From positions 288,001 to 352,000 of the forward strand of contig CAVTLK010000001.1 in the NCBI GenBank assembly GCA_963735595.1: a stretch of DNA of 64,000 nucleotides, written 5' to 3'. Positions 52,912-64,000 of the stretch are shown here, one piece after another (position 1 is the first letter of the stretch; the number at the start of each line of letters is the position of its first letter). Both the position numbers and the translations under genes were made by a program. The stretch comes from an uncultured delta proteobacterium. GTDB taxonomy: Bacteria; Desulfobacterota; Zymogenia; Zymogenales; Zymogenaceae. Below the pieces are notes generated by a model that had not been told where the DNA came from, searched no databases, and worked only from the letters and a program-made list of their open reading frames with translations.

Positions 52912-53671
52912 CCGTACCTCCGCCGAGATATGCGTCAATTACCTTCTTGTTGTATTGAATCTCCCGGGGTGTTCCGTCGGCGATTTTTTTCCCGTAATCC
53001 AGGACGACTATCTCGTCGGAGATTTCCATCGTTAAACTCATGTCGTGCTCGACAAGAAGAATGGTAACGCCGCGCTCTCGTATTCTCCTGATCAGTTTTC
53101 CGAGATCCTCGGTCTCCTTTTCGTCAAGACCGGCCGCGGGCTCGTCAAGGAGCAGAACCCTCGGCTCCAGCGCAAGCGCGCGCGCAATTTCAAGATATCG
53201 CTGGTGTCCCAGCGGAAGTGAGAGCGCCATGGTATCGGCCTTTTCAAGCAGGCCGACAAAATCAAGGTGCTCACGGGCGCTTTCGTGTATACGACGCTCT
53301 TCTCCCACCATATGAGGAAACCGTAAGGCACAGGACAAAAAGCCCGCCCTGGATCGTACGTGCCTGCCTACCATGACGTTTTCCAGCACGGTCATGTTTG
53401 AAAAGAGCTCGATGTTCTGAAACGTCCGTGTGATCCCGAGGGCCGCGACGGCATCAGGCAGTCTTCCCGGCAATATCGACACCATCGTATATGATCCGTC
53501 CAGACGCGGGTCGATATACTCCGGTAATCAGGTTGAAACAGCGTCGTTTTACCGGCGCCGTTGGGTCCGATTATCGCCTTGATTGATTCTTCATCGACCG
53601 CAAATGAGACGCTCGGAGAGTGCCGCCACGCCGCCGAAGTTTATGCCGATATCTTCGATCGATATGATCAT
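52904..53671 (-). CDS. livG: Liv-type ABC ATPase LivG (frameshifts)
   Basis: MIISIEDIGINFGGVAAL, GPNGAGKTT, TRTFQN, LDEPAAG. Confidence 0.88.
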
Positions 53672-54617
53672 CGGGCAAATCTCCCCTTGATCCGGTCCAC
53701 TACCCCCCTGGTGAGGCCTTCAGGCATGACAATCATAATAACCATCAGGATCGCTCCATATATGATGATATCAAATTCCTCAAAAAAGGAAAGGGACATC
53801 GGCAGGAGCGTAAGGACCGAGGCGCCGAATATGGACCCCCATATGCTTGCCATACCGCCTACAACGACCATCGTGACCAGCACGATCGAGACATTAAATC
53901 CGAAAGAGCTGGGGCTTATGAAGTTCATTACATGTGCAAAAAGGCTTCCGGCGATAGAAGCAAGCATAGCGCTGATAACAAACACGATGAGTTTATATCT
54001 CTTGATATCAATACCGACGGAGGCAGCCGCTATCTCTGACGTGTGAATAGCACGTAGCGCGCGCCCAACCCGCGATTTCACGATATTATTGCTGATGATC
54101 AGTACGCACATGGCGATCGTCCATACGAGGTAGTACTTCTTGAGGTCGTTATCAAAGGTAAAACCGAATACCGAAAGCTTCGGGATTCCCGTCAAGACCG
54201 GACGGACCGCCCGTAAGCCACCCCATCTCTTTAAGAACAATGTATATAATGATTCCGAACCCGAGCGTTGCCATGGCGAGGTACTGGCCACGTAACTTCA
54301 GGGATGGAATCCCGACTATCAGGGCAACCAATCCTACCAAAATGACTGCGATGACCGCAGCCACAATAGAATGTACCCCGTAGGTCGCCGTCAGGATTCC
54401 CGAGACGTACGCGCCGAGGCCGTAGAACGCCGCGTGCCCCAGCGATAATTGGCCGGCGTACCCCATCAAGAGGTTCAAGCCCAGGACAAGAATCGTATTG
54501 AGCCCGATCGTTACGAGCACGCTCAGGTAGTAGTTGCTCTGAAAGGAAAACGGGAAGTAGGGCCGCCGTCGCTATCAACGTCGACAAATAGAGTATATCC
54601 CGGTTGATCCTCATCAA
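53668..54617 (-). CDS. livM: Liv-type ABC permease LivM (frameshifts)
   Basis: GLNLLMGYAGQLSLGHAAFYG, YLAMATLGF, SRVGRALRAIH, MVVVGG across three ORFs. Confidence 0.88.
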
Positions 54618-55502
54618 TTATACCCGCTTCACGTCACCGGAACCCAGGAGTCCCGTCGGCCGCACAAAGAGGACAAAAAGAAGTATTACGAATGCGATCG
54701 CATCCTTATACGCAGAGGATATGAGACCCGCCCCCAGTGACTCAAGAATACCGAGCACAAACCCCCCGATAATCGATCCGAGGACACTGCCCAGACCGCC
54801 GATTACGGCGCCGCAAAATCCCTTAAGCCCGAGCATAACGCCCATATCATAGCTTGCAAACGTGATGGGTGAAATAATGATACCGGCTACGGCGCCGAGC
54901 GCTCCCGAGAGGGCAAAGGAAAGCAGAACCATACGGTTCACCCTAATTCCAAGAAGACTTGCCGCACGCCTGTTAACGGCGCACGCCTTCATTGCTTTAC
55001 CCGTTATCGTGTATTCGAAAAAGAGCTGGAGCACCACGAGAATCAGGAACGTTGTCCCGATGATCCAGAGCGTCTGCGGTATTACGGAAGCCCCCCCGAT
55101 CTGGATAGGCGAGTCGCCGCTGAATGAGCTGAGCGGGTATGGGTCCTTACCCCAGGCAAGCATTGATACACCCCTGATGAATATGGAGGCACCGATTGTG
55201 ATAATGATGAGGGTTACGGGAGACGCCTTTTTCGCCGGCCTGATTATCGAAAGGTCAAATACCATCCCGATGACCGTTACTGAAGCCACGGCAGCAGCAA
55301 ACGCTATCGGCATCGGAAAATGCAGGACGGAGCTAAACGTAACCATAAACAGCGCGCCGAGCATCACGAACTCGCCCTGTGCGAAGTTGATAATTTCCGT
55401 GGAGTTATAGATAATCGTAAAGCCGAGGGCAACAATAGAGTAGATGCTTCCCTTCGTGATGCCGCCGATAAGGTACTGAAGAATTTGGTCAAAAAGGCTC
55501 AT
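54618..55502 (-). CDS. livH: Liv-type ABC permease LivH
   Basis: GSIYSIVALG, INFAQGE, LKGFCGAVIGGLG. Confidence 0.92.
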   Translation of the reverse strand: MSLFDQILQYLIGGITKGSIYSIVALGFTIIYNSTEIINFAQGEFVMLGALFMVTFSSVLHFPMPIAFAAAVASVTVIGMVFDLSIIRPAKKASPVTLIIITIGASIFIRGVSMLAWGKDPYPLSSFSGDSPIQIGGASVIPQTLWIIGTTFLILVVLQLFFEYTITGKAMKACAVNRRAASLLGIRVNRMVLLSFALSGALGAVAGIIISPITFASYDMGVMLGLKGFCGAVIGGLGSVLGSIIGGFVLGILESLGAGLISSAYKDAIAFVILLFVLFVRPTGLLGSGDVKRV

Positions 55503-55523
55503 GGCCTGCCTGTGACGGTAGAG

Positions 55524-55555
55524 AAAAAAGAGGCTAAACAAACGTGCTTAGCCTC
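55524..55555 (-). terminator. intra-operon terminator-like hairpin after livK
   Basis: Minus strand GAGGCTAA-GCACGTTTGT-TTAGCCTC-TTTTTT. Confidence 0.65.
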
Positions 55556-55582
55556 ATTGCATTTTATCCTGATCTCATATAA

Positions 55583-56746
55583 CTATGGGAGTATCTTCCA
55601 TGTCCCGTTTTCGATAACGACCATAACAAAGGCTTCCTTAGTCAGGCCGTTATGATCTTCGGGGGTCATGTTGAAGATTCCACTGACGCCGATATATTCG
55701 GTTGTCATCTCTATGGAATCACGCAGTTTCGCCCTGTCGCCGCCCGATTCTTTGAGGGCGTTAGCAATAATGCCCATCCCATCCCACGCGTATCCACCGA
55801 ATCCGGATACCGGGACCTTAAAGGCTTCTTCGTATTTACTCTTGTATTCGAGCAGAACCGGTCCCTGAGGATCCGATCCCGGGAGCTGTTCGAGCACGAG
55901 GATCTTACCGGTGGGCAGGACGTTGCTGTTTGCCGCTTCCCCGGCGTATTCGATATACTTTGGCGAGGCAACACCGTGGCTTTGAATCAGGGGGATCGTA
56001 ATGCCGAGTTGGACGATGTTCTTTGCAACAATGGCCGGGCCGGGATTGGTGCCCCAGCAGACGATTGCACCCGCATCCGATCCCTTGATCTTGGTTAGCT
56101 GGGCGGTCATATCCTCGTCCTTCTCCCCGAAGGACTCTTCCATGACAATCTCGATCCCCGCCGCGGGCGCCTGCGCCTTGAGCTGTTCCTTGCCGCTGTC
56201 ACCATAGCCGTTCGAGACGGTCATGATGGCGATTTTTGTAATCCCTTTCGTCTTGAGATACTCATAGATCCGCTCAACCGCAATAACGTCGTTCTGGGGC
56301 GTCTTGAAGACCCACTTGTTTACCGGGGTCGTGATCTTGATACTTGCGGCGCATGAGATCAACGGCACCTGGTTTTCCTCGACGATCGGCATGATAGCAA
56401 AGGTGTTACCGGAGAGGCTCGGCCCCACGATCGCCAGGACTGCGTCCTTATCGATGAGTTTCTTGACCATATTGACGCATTTAGTGGCGTCTCCCTCGTC
56501 GTCATAGATGACCGCCTTGAGGGGGTGTCCGTCAATTCCGCCGTCCTCGTTGATCATATCGACAAACATATTCATGGAGTTCTTTTCGGGTTCACCGAGC
56601 GGTGAATTGCTCCCCGTTATTGAAAAGACCCCGCCGATGACGTACGGCTGAACCTCACCCTCGGTCTGTTCCTTCTGGCAGGCCGAGAAAACGAGCCCCG
56701 CACACACCAGACAGAAGGCAACGATAAACAGATGCTTCGCTTTCAT
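55583..56746 (-). CDS. livK: Liv-type ABC substrate-binding lipoprotein (possibly aromatic-acid binding)
   Basis: FSAC lipobox, INEDGGIDG, WVFKTPQND, QSHG, PEDHNGL. Confidence 0.88.
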   Translation of the reverse strand: MKAKHLFIVAFCLVCAGLVFSACQKEQTEGEVQPYVIGGVFSITGSNSPLGEPEKNSMNMFVDMINEDGGIDGHPLKAVIYDDEGDATKCVNMVKKLIDKDAVLAIVGPSLSGNTFAIMPIVEENQVPLISCAASIKITTPVNKWVFKTPQNDVIAVERIYEYLKTKGITKIAIMTVSNGYGDSGKEQLKAQAPAAGIEIVMEESFGEKDEDMTAQLTKIKGSDAGAIVCWGTNPGPAIVAKNIVQLGITIPLIQSHGVASPKYIEYAGEAANSNVLPTGKILVLEQLPGSDPQGPVLLEYKSKYEEAFKVPVSGFGGYAWDGMGIIANALKESGGDRAKLRDSIEMTTEYIGVSGIFNMTPEDHNGLTKEAFVMVVIENGTWKILP

Positions 56747-56783
56747 GGATGATACCTCACCAATAATTACTAATAAATGCCGG

Positions 56784-57215
56784 TTACAGGGAATAGACCT
56801 TTTCCCCGGGCAGAACCACGATTTTATTGTCCGTCAGTACGGATATCGCCCTGTCGATGTCGTCAAACCTGAAGATGATGACGGCGTCCTTGCCGCTGCG
56901 CTCCACAAAGGCGTACATGTACTCCACGTTGATATCTTTCTTCCTGAGGACATCAAGAATATAGGCGAGTCCCCCGGGCCTGTCGGATACCTCGACCGCA
57001 ATTACCTCTGTCTTGCCGACGGTAAAGTTATGTTTCTTGAGGATTTCTTTCGCCTTCTCGGTATTATTCACGATTAAACGGAGAATACCGAAGTCGGAGG
57101 TATCGGCCAGGGACAGCGCACGGATATTGACGCCCCCGTCTCCGAGTATTTTCGTGACCTCGGCCAGCCTCCCCGATTTATTTTCCAGAAATATGGAAAT
57201 CTGTTCGACTTTCAT
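56784..57215 (-). CDS. tandem ACT-domain protein
   Basis: [52 protein letters not shown]. Confidence 0.93.
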   Translation of the reverse strand: MKVEQISIFLENKSGRLAEVTKILGDGGVNIRALSLADTSDFGILRLIVNNTEKAKEILKKHNFTVGKTEVIAVEVSDRPGGLAYILDVLRKKDINVEYMYAFVERSGKDAVIIFRFDDIDRAISVLTDNKIVVLPGEKVYSL

Positions 57216-57229
57216 AGCCTCACCCTCCA

Positions 57230-58532
57230 CTAAAGCTTTCGTTTATCGATAACCCTGACGGCCTTGCCCTCGCTGCGCGTTATCGATTTGGGCTCGACGA
57301 GCTTGACCGTGGCGTTTACCCCGAGGATTTCTTTGACATCCTTTTCGATGCGTTTTTCAACGAGCTGAAGCTTCTTTATCTCGTCAGAAAATAGCGCTTC
57401 ATTTACCTCAACTTTGATTTCAAGTATGTCAAGGGGACCTTCGCGATCAACGGTCAGCAGATAATGCGGCTCAACCCCTTCGATTTCGAGAAGGATTCCC
57501 TCTATCTGTGACGGGAATACGTTTACTCCCCTGATGATAAGCATGTCGTCCGTTCTACCGCTTACCCGATCCATGCGTGCGTGCGTCCTGCCGCATCGGC
57601 ACATCTCCGGGTTAAGCCGGGATATATCCCGCGTTCTATACCGAATGAGGGGAATCGCTTCCTTGGTAATCGTCGTAAAGACCAGTTCACCCTTTTCGCC
57701 ATAGGGCAACGCCTTACCCGTCTTGGGATCGATAATTTCGGGGATAAAGTGATCTTCAAAGATATGAAGACCTTTTTTCTCTTCAACGCACTCCGTAGCC
57801 ACGCCGGGACCGATAACTTCTGAAAGCCCATAGATATCCACGGCATCGAGATTGAGCTTCTTCTCGATTTCCTCACGCATCTTGTTTGACCAGGGCTCCG
57901 CCCCAAAGACTCCCGCCCGGAGCTTCATCTTTTTGAAATCAACTCCCATTTCCTGGGCGACCTCGGCCATGAAGAGGGCGTAGGACGGCGTGCAGGCAAG
58001 TATCGTCGATCCGAAATCCTGCATGATCATGATCTGGCGCTTGGTGTTGCCCCCCGATATCGGAATAACCGAAGCCCCGAGACGTTCGGCTCCGTAATGT
58101 AAACCCAGGCCGCCGGTAAACAAGGCCGTACCCGTACGCGTTATGGACGATATCGTGCTTGGTGGCGCCGGCCGCCGACAGCGTTCTGGCGATCAGCTCC
58201 GCCCAGAGCTCGATATCCTTTTTTGTATATCCGACTACCGTTGCCTTCCCGGTAGTTCCCGATGACGCGTGTATCCTGACCACGTCCTCCATAGGTACGG
58301 TAAAAAGCCCGAACGGGTAATTGTCTCGTAGGTCCTGCTTTTCCGTGAACGGGAGTTTTTGCAGATCATCAATAGACTTTATATCATTCGGCTTGAAGCC
58401 GGCCTCATCGAATTTCTTTTTATAGAACGGCACCCGCTCATAAACCCTTTTGGCTACATCCTGAAGCCGTTTGAGCTGCAGCGCCTCAATCGCCGGCCTC
58501 GGCAGGGTTTCGAACTCTTCATTGAAAATCAT
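57230..58532 (-). CDS. paaK: phenylacetate-CoA ligase paralogue 1 (frameshift near 58123)
   Basis: [48 protein letters not shown]. Confidence 0.93.
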
Positions 58533-58541
58533 TAAGACCTC

Positions 58542-59132
58542 CTATCGTATACGGTCGGTGTTCCTGCCGATTTCGAAGCCAGACAGGTTTACGTCCACCA
58601 CCTTCTTCGGTACGCGCCTCCTGATAACCGATTCCCAGACACCCTGGGGGACATCGAGGTACCTCGAAAGATATCCCAGGATAATAGTTCCCATCGTCCT
58701 CGGGTTACCGTTATCCCTGGAAAGCGCAACACCGTCTATCAGCGCGACCCTGGAAAAATACCTGGTAAAGATATCGTATATTCCCTCAGGGTATTGTTCA
58801 ACCCCGAGTGACACCGACGGCGGATTGAGCCGGTAGTCATTGAGTATGACCAGCGAGTCCGGCTTCAAGAAATCGACGGAACGAAGCGCCTCCAGCATCT
58901 CCAGGCAGTAGAGAATATCGACCTGCCGCCGGGCGATGAGCGGTGAATAGACCTTTTTGCCGAATCGTATGTGACTTGAGACGCTTCCGCCCCGCTGGGC
59001 CATGCCGTGGACTTCGCTCTTCTTTACGTCAAAGCCCGCTTCCATGAGCGACTCGGCTAGAATATCCGAGGCCAATATGATTCCCTGGCCCCCTACCCCT
59101 ACCATCAGAATGTTTGTAACCGTATTAGTCAA
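58542..59132 (-). CDS. iorB: indolepyruvate:ferredoxin oxidoreductase beta subunit
   Basis: GVGGQGIILAS, SEVHGMAQRGGSV. Confidence 0.94.
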   Translation of the reverse strand: MTNTVTNILMVGVGGQGIILASDILAESLMEAGFDVKKSEVHGMAQRGGSVSSHIRFGKKVYSPLIARRQVDILYCLEMLEALRSVDFLKPDSLVILNDYRLNPPSVSLGVEQYPEGIYDIFTRYFSRVALIDGVALSRDNGNPRTMGTIILGYLSRYLDVPQGVWESVIRRRVPKKVVDVNLSGFEIGRNTDRIR

Positions 59133-60921
59133 GAGGACGTCTCACAATAGCGTCGAATTTACAGAGTGAACGACAGACACCGCATCCTATACAGAGTGAG
59201 GGTTCAATAGACGACCTTCCGCTCTTTCCCTTTGCGTTTGTTTCCTTCGGTTCCCAACCAATAGCGGGACATCCCGAGCATGAGACATGACTTGCATCCC
59301 GTACAAAGTCCGCTATCCACCGTAAGGGGATACCAGTCGTCTCTTCTGCTTTTCGGAAGTAGTATGCAGGGGGACTCGGATATGATAACCGACGTTTCCG
59401 GAGCATTGAGCTCCTCTTCTATCGCCGATTGAGCTTCCTTAATGTTGTATGGATCTATGGTTCTTACCCGCCGTATTCCGAGTGCCCGGGCAAGCGCCGC
59501 AATATCCACGGAGTTGGTCTTCTCACCCATCAGGGTAAATCCGGTCCCGGGATGTGCTGGGCGCCCGTCATCGCGGTCGTGCTGTTATTGAGAACGATAA
59601 TGGTGGCCGTCGATTTATTATAGGCCGCGTCCATCAGCGAGGTGATGCCGGAATGGAAGAAGGTCGAATCGCCAATAACGGCCGCCACCTTTCCCTGTCC
59701 CCGACTCTTTTAGGACCTTGTCCATACCGACGGCGTGCCCAATGCTCGCGCCCATGCATAGGCACGTATCTATTGCATTTAGGGGTGGAAGAAACGCCAG
59801 CGTATAGCACCCGATATCGCCGGTGACAAAGACCTTCTTTTTCGAGAGGACATAGAAAACGCCCCGATGCGGACATCCCGGGCACATATTGGGCGGACGC
59901 GCCGGGAGATGCGGGATTTCGTAGGTCGTGGAAGGCATCTCATCATCAAGGTCGTCTATGAAGGCATCTCGAACGATATCGAGATTGATTTCGCCAAGCA
60001 TCGGCAGGTGCTCCTTCCCCGTTACGCGAATACCCATCGCCCGCACCTGTTCCTCGATAAAAGGGTCGAGTTCTTCTATGACGATCAGGTCTTTTACTTT
60101 CTGCGCGAATTCCCGGATCATCTTTTCGGGCAGTGGGTATACCATACCGAGCTTTAGGATTGACGCGTCGGGGAACACCTCACGCGCGTACTGATACGAT
60201 ATGCCGGCCGTAATGATACCGAGATCGGTTTGTCCCCATTCAATCCTATTTTCGGAAAAGCCGTTCGAAAACGACCTGAGGCTTTCCATTCGCTCTTCGA
60301 CGACAACATGCCGCTTTCTGGCGTTATTCGGAAGCATCACGAGCCGTTCCGGGTCTTTTACTATGCCGATCTTTTTCTTGTATTTCTCCCGCTCGATCTC
60401 AGACAGGACAACCGGCGATTGTGAGTGCGAAATCCTGGTGGTCGTTCGGAGCATGACCGGGGTGTTAAATTCCTCGGAGATCGAAAAGGCTATACGTTAC
60501 GAAGTCCTTTGCCTCCTGACTGTCGCTCGGCTCGATCATCGGGACCTTGGCGAATTTTGCGTAGTTGCGGTTATCCTGTTCGTTCTGAGAGCTGTGAAGC
60601 TCCGGGTCGTCCGCCGTAATCAGAACAAGACCTCCCCTGATTCCGGTATACGAGAGGGTAAAGAATGGATCTGCGGCGACATTAACACCCACATGTTTCA
60701 TCGCCACGAGGGTTCGTCCCCCCGCGTAACAGGCACCAACACCGACCTCCAGCGCAACCTTTTCGTTGGGGGACCACTCGCAGTATATCCCCTCGTAGTT
60801 TCTTTATTTCTTCAAGGATTTCGGTGGATGGAGTACCCGGATAAGCCGAGGCAAATACAACACCGCATTCGTAGGCGCCCCGGGCAATCGCTTCGTTCCC
60901 AGACAGGAGTTTCTTTTCCAT
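59125..60921 (-). CDS. iorA: indolepyruvate:ferredoxin oxidoreductase alpha subunit (multiple frameshifts)
   Basis: LSGNEAIARGA, AYPGTPSTEI, MKHVGVNVAAD, HSSQNEQDNR, RPPNMCPGCPHR, GDIGCY, C-terminal ferredoxin CIGCGVCRSLC. Confidence 0.93.
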
Positions 60922-61598
60922 TAGTTATTCCCCGGGTTCTGGCCGATCTTCTCCTCAATGAGCCGGGGCGTGGGATGAATCAGGGAAATGGGTCAGGTAT
61001 TCCTTGGCGTAGGTCTTGACTTCGTCTTTTTTACCGGCTCTCTCAAGGTTCCTGATAAGATCCAGATATGCTTCCTCACGATTCGGAGAGATAAGCCGTT
61101 TAAATAGTCTCGGAGGCCTTTTCGTAATCGCCCATCTGCTCGTATGAATAGCCAATGTTTTCGGTGGCGATATCTTTAAAGGGGCCCTTCAGTTTTCTTC
61201 TCTGCCGATTTAAATGCATCCAGGGCCTCGTCATACTTCTTCAAATCGAAGAGTACATTTCCCTGGTACAGGATAGCAATCTTCCTTGCCTTGGATAAGG
61301 GGTATTTCTTTGCTATCGTTTCAAACACGAGGAGCGTCTTTCCAAGTTCTTCCTCGCTGCTCCCGGCGCTATGGTATAGCTGGATACCGTTGTTCAGGAT
61401 CTCCTGTGATTCGGTCTGCCGGTGAAAATAGAGGAAAGAGCCGGCGATAATGCCCACCGCCGCGGTCACGACTAACGATACGGTTATATAAAAGAAGAGT
61501 TGATTGCCGTAAAAATACTGTATGACTTTTGCCCACGTGGAGATAAATTCATCCGGCTTAATTCCGGCCCTCTTTTTACTTATTCTTCTTCTGGCCAA
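60921..61598 (-). CDS. membrane-anchored TPR protein (YfgM-like; frameshifts)
   Basis: KPDEF, TM segment, helical repeats (KKYP.S, LYQGNVLFDLKKYDEA, YLTHFPDS); reconstructed stop overlaps the iorA start (TAATG). Confidence 0.7.
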
Positions 61599-61638
61599 TG
61601 ATCGTGACTCCTTGGATTAATCAGGCTATCCGGGATGA

Positions 61639-62001
61639 CTACTTCATGCCGATCCCTTCCATGTGTACCTTCCCCTCGAAGAACGCCCCGTCCGAAACAG
61701 CAAGCTGCTTACATTCCATGTCGGCGGTAATATTGGCATTGCTCATTAACTCGATTTTTTCTTCGATCTTTAGCGTTCCTTCTACCCTTCCCTCTATAAC
61801 AACATTGATGGCCTTAACCGTCCCTTTAACACGGCCGGTGGCGCCCACTTGGACACTCGCACGAATATCGATATCTCCTACGAGCTCACCGTTTATCAGT
61901 ATATCCTCCGAACCGGTAATGTTGCCCGTAAACGTCGTATGCTCTCCAATCTGCGAGTTGAGTTCCAGGGACTTTCCCGCTTCATCAGTTTTCTTATTCA
62001 T
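61639..62001 (-). CDS. bactofilin (polymer-forming cytoskeletal protein)
   Basis: IGEHTTFTGNI, VIEGRVEG, GAFFEG beta-helix repeats. Confidence 0.9.
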   Translation of the reverse strand: MNKKTDEAGKSLELNSQIGEHTTFTGNITGSEDILINGELVGDIDIRASVQVGATGRVKGTVKAINVVIEGRVEGTLKIEEKIELMSNANITADMECKQLAVSDGAFFEGKVHMEGIGMK

Positions 62002-62037
62002 GAAATACTCCGATTATAAAGCTCGTGAAATTAAGCT

Positions 62038-62066
62038 TATATAACAAAATCTCCTTTGTTTGTCAA
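62038..62066 (-). promoter_or_regulatory. putative sigma70 promoter for bactofilin and downstream genes
   Basis: Minus strand TTGACA-17 nt-TATATA. Confidence 0.55.
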
Positions 62067-62446
62067 GGCTTAAAAGGATGTCTCGAATCTTTATTCAAGT
62101 ACCGAAACATTACGTACGACCCCAGGATCGACCCGGATGTATTGCAGACGATATCCAGGATATCGAACTCGCGAAGCGGTACAAACAGCTGGTGGATTTC
62201 ATCTGAAAGTCCGTACAGCGATGAGCCGATAGCCGAAATCCAGAATAGTGCGTTTAGTCTGATTGTGCTGCTGAGTCGTAACGAAATAAAAAGAAGCAGG
62301 GAGAGAATCGAATACTCTACGGCGTGAATAAGCTTATCGATTCCGGGACCGTCAATATCAATGCGATCACCCGGAATCGACGATCCGACAAAGATGAGAA
62401 CTGAGTATACGGTAAACGCCGCCCACGCGACGTATTTTTTATTCAC
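62063..62446 (-). CDS. VanZ-family membrane protein
   Basis: DKLIHAVEY, YGLSDEIHQLFVP.R...D...N. Confidence 0.88.
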   Translation of the reverse strand: MNKKYVAWAAFTVYSVLIFVGSSIPGDRIDIDGPGIDKLIHAVEYSILSLLLFISLRLSSTIRLNALFWISAIGSSLYGLSDEIHQLFVPLREFDILDIVCNTSGSILGSYVMFRYLNKDSRHPFKP

Positions 62447-62480
62447 CGGGATTAGTCAGTCGATCAGAATCCATGTACAC

Positions 62481-62987
62481 TCACATTTTGTATTTTCCGA
62501 AATCTTCCGGGTTGAGGTTTTCGAGGATTTCGGCCCACTTCTTCTTTGCCTCTTCAGAAGTCATATCATCCGGTTTGCTAAGCTCGATACGTTTTGATTT
62601 CTCGATGACATCCTCTTCCATATAGATCTTGGCGTTTGTTCTGAGTGCTATCGCTATCGCGTCGCTGGGACGGGAGTCTATTCGGTGCTCCACGCCGCGT
62701 GACGTCATATATATCGTGGCGTAGTACGTATTATCCTTCAGGTCGTTCACAACGATCTTACTGATTACGACTTCGAGTTTTTCCAGCATTTCCTTAAAGA
62801 GGTCATGCGTCATCGGGCGTGCAAACTGGATGTTTTCGAGTACCGTTGCAATAGCGCTGGCTTCGAGCAATCCAATCCAGATAGGCACCGTGCTCTTTTC
62901 TTCCATATCCCTCAGTATAACGATCGGGACATTTGTAAACGGATCGATTGCCATACCGCTGATTTTCATTTCCTTTGGCATCAGCAT
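62481..62987 (-). CDS. bifunctional nuclease family (DUF151) protein
   Basis: PIWIG..EA.AI, RPMTHDL, IDSRPSDAIAIALR. Confidence 0.93.
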   Translation of the reverse strand: MLMPKEMKISGMAIDPFTNVPIVILRDMEEKSTVPIWIGLLEASAIATVLENIQFARPMTHDLFKEMLEKLEVVISKIVVNDLKDNTYYATIYMTSRGVEHRIDSRPSDAIAIALRTNAKIYMEEDVIEKSKRIELSKPDDMTSEEAKKKWAEILENLNPEDFGKYKM

Positions 62988-62999
62988 CTCCTTTCCGGA

Positions 63000-64000
63000 C
63001 TAGCCCACCGCCTCTCCCCATAGGGAGTTGTTCTTGGCCTTGATGATTCTCACCGGCACAAGGGTTCCGACACTCTCGTGCGCTCCTTTGAAATTCACGA
63101 CCTTGTTTTGCCGGGATCTTCCGGTAATCTCCCGTGGGTTCTTAACGCTGCTACCAACGGCGAGTACTTCCTCGATTCCATTGACCGAGCCGCTATTACG
63201 GATCAGCGTATGCTTCTTCTGCAGTTCCTGTAAAATATGCAAACGAGCGCTCTTATCCATTTCAGCCACGTCGTCCGCCGAAGAGGCGGCCGCCGTACCG
63301 GGACGGGGTGAGTACTTAAAGGAGTACGCGCCGTCAAATACCACCTCTTCCATAAGCCCGAGGGTCTGTAAGAAATCGGCCTGGGTTTCGCCCGGAAAAC
63401 CGACAATGATATCGGTCGTCACGGAAATATCAGGACGGGCCTTTCTGAGCTTTTGAACCTTTTCGATGTACTGTTCCCGGGTGTACCCCCTATTCATAAG
63501 ACTGAGAATCCTGTTGGACCCCGATTGAACGGGAAGATGTATGTGCGAACAGAGGGCGTCTATTTTTTGATATCGGTCAATCAGGTCGTCCGAAAGATCC
63601 TTTGGATGGGACGTGATAAAGCGGATACGTTTGACTGACTCTATCCCCGCCACACGGTCCAGCAACCCCGAAAACGTAAAGCCGTTAATTGGGTCACTAT
63701 ACGAATTGACATTCTGTCCTAACAGGATGACCTCAATAAATCCTTCTTGCGTAACCTGCCGTATTTCAGACATGATCTCGTCGGCGGGTCGTGACAGCTC
63801 GGCGCCCCGCACCAGAGGGACGATACAGTACGAGCACCAGTTATTACATCCCTGCATAATAGTCACGTACGCAGAGTAGTGCTCCTTCACACGTGGAAAC
63901 GGTCGTATATAGGGGCTTCGGCAAAAACCGGTTTCTATCCGTGAGCGCCTCTCCCTTCGAATATCTGCGATAAGCTCGTCGATCCGATTAACCTGATGCG
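63000..64000 (-). CDS. miaB: tRNA i6A37 methylthiotransferase MiaB (5' partial)
   Basis: AYVTIMQGCNNWCSYCIVP, LGQNVNSY, TSHPKD, HLPVQSGS, DIIVGFPGET, YSPRPGT, TRAM domain. Confidence 0.93.
   Translation of the reverse strand, partial: HQVNRIDELIADIRRERRSRIETGFCRSPYIRPFPRVKEHYSAYVTIMQGCNNWCSYCIVPLVRGAELSRPADEIMSEIRQVTQEGFIEVILLGQNVNSYSDPINGFTFSGLLDRVAGIESVKRIRFITSHPKDLSDDLIDRYQKIDALCSHIHLPVQSGSNRILSLMNRGYTREQYIEKVQKLRKARPDISVTTDIIVGFPGETQADFLQTLGLMEEVVFDGAYSFKYSPRPGTAAASSADDVAEMDKSARLHILQELQKKHTLIRNSGSVNGIEEVLAVGSSVKNPREITGRSRQNKVVNFKGAHESVGTLVPVRIIKAKNNSLWGEAVG

Overview
A 64 kb stretch of mostly core chromosome from a bacterium. Gene content and order suggest an anaerobic deltaproteobacterial (Desulfobacterota-like) lineage; this is inference only. 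From left to right it holds: (1) a cyclic-nucleotide module (GAF/HD-GYP, Crp-type protein, class II phosphodiesterase), then accD, folC, coaBC, family-4 UDG, nfeD, a PP-loop tRNA sulfurtransferase-like gene, fabH and mutS; (2) a complete V/A-type ATP synthase operon (H/G-C-I-K-F-E-A-B-D) ending in an atypical universal stress protein; (3) a small accessory block, then nadB, a lytic transglycosylase, a TPR-AIM24 protein and pgsA; (4) an unexplained cassette of an orphan ORF with two acidic 'E(Y)PPS' motifs, two Ddl-like ATP-grasp ligases and a GNAT, lying just after a possible decayed tRNA-Gly; (5) mtaB, rnc, an Elp3-like radical SAM gene, era and der; (6) three Liv-type ABC transporter operons, two of them interleaved with three phenylacetate-CoA ligase paralogues downstream of iorAB, with a PUR-domain gene where the operons converge; (7) TPR, bactofilin, VanZ, DUF151 and partial miaB genes. 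Many genes, including the normally essential era and der, are broken by single-base indels in clustered zones. These are most likely sequencing or assembly errors, so the genes are reported as reconstructed CDS. No rRNA, intact tRNA, CRISPR array or transposase was recognised. The best candidates for undescribed biology are the ATP-grasp/GNAT cassette with its leader ORF, a PaaK paralogue with degenerate catalytic motifs, the USP with a charged insert in the ATPase operon, and an unannotated Pro/Thr-rich mini-lipoprotein.
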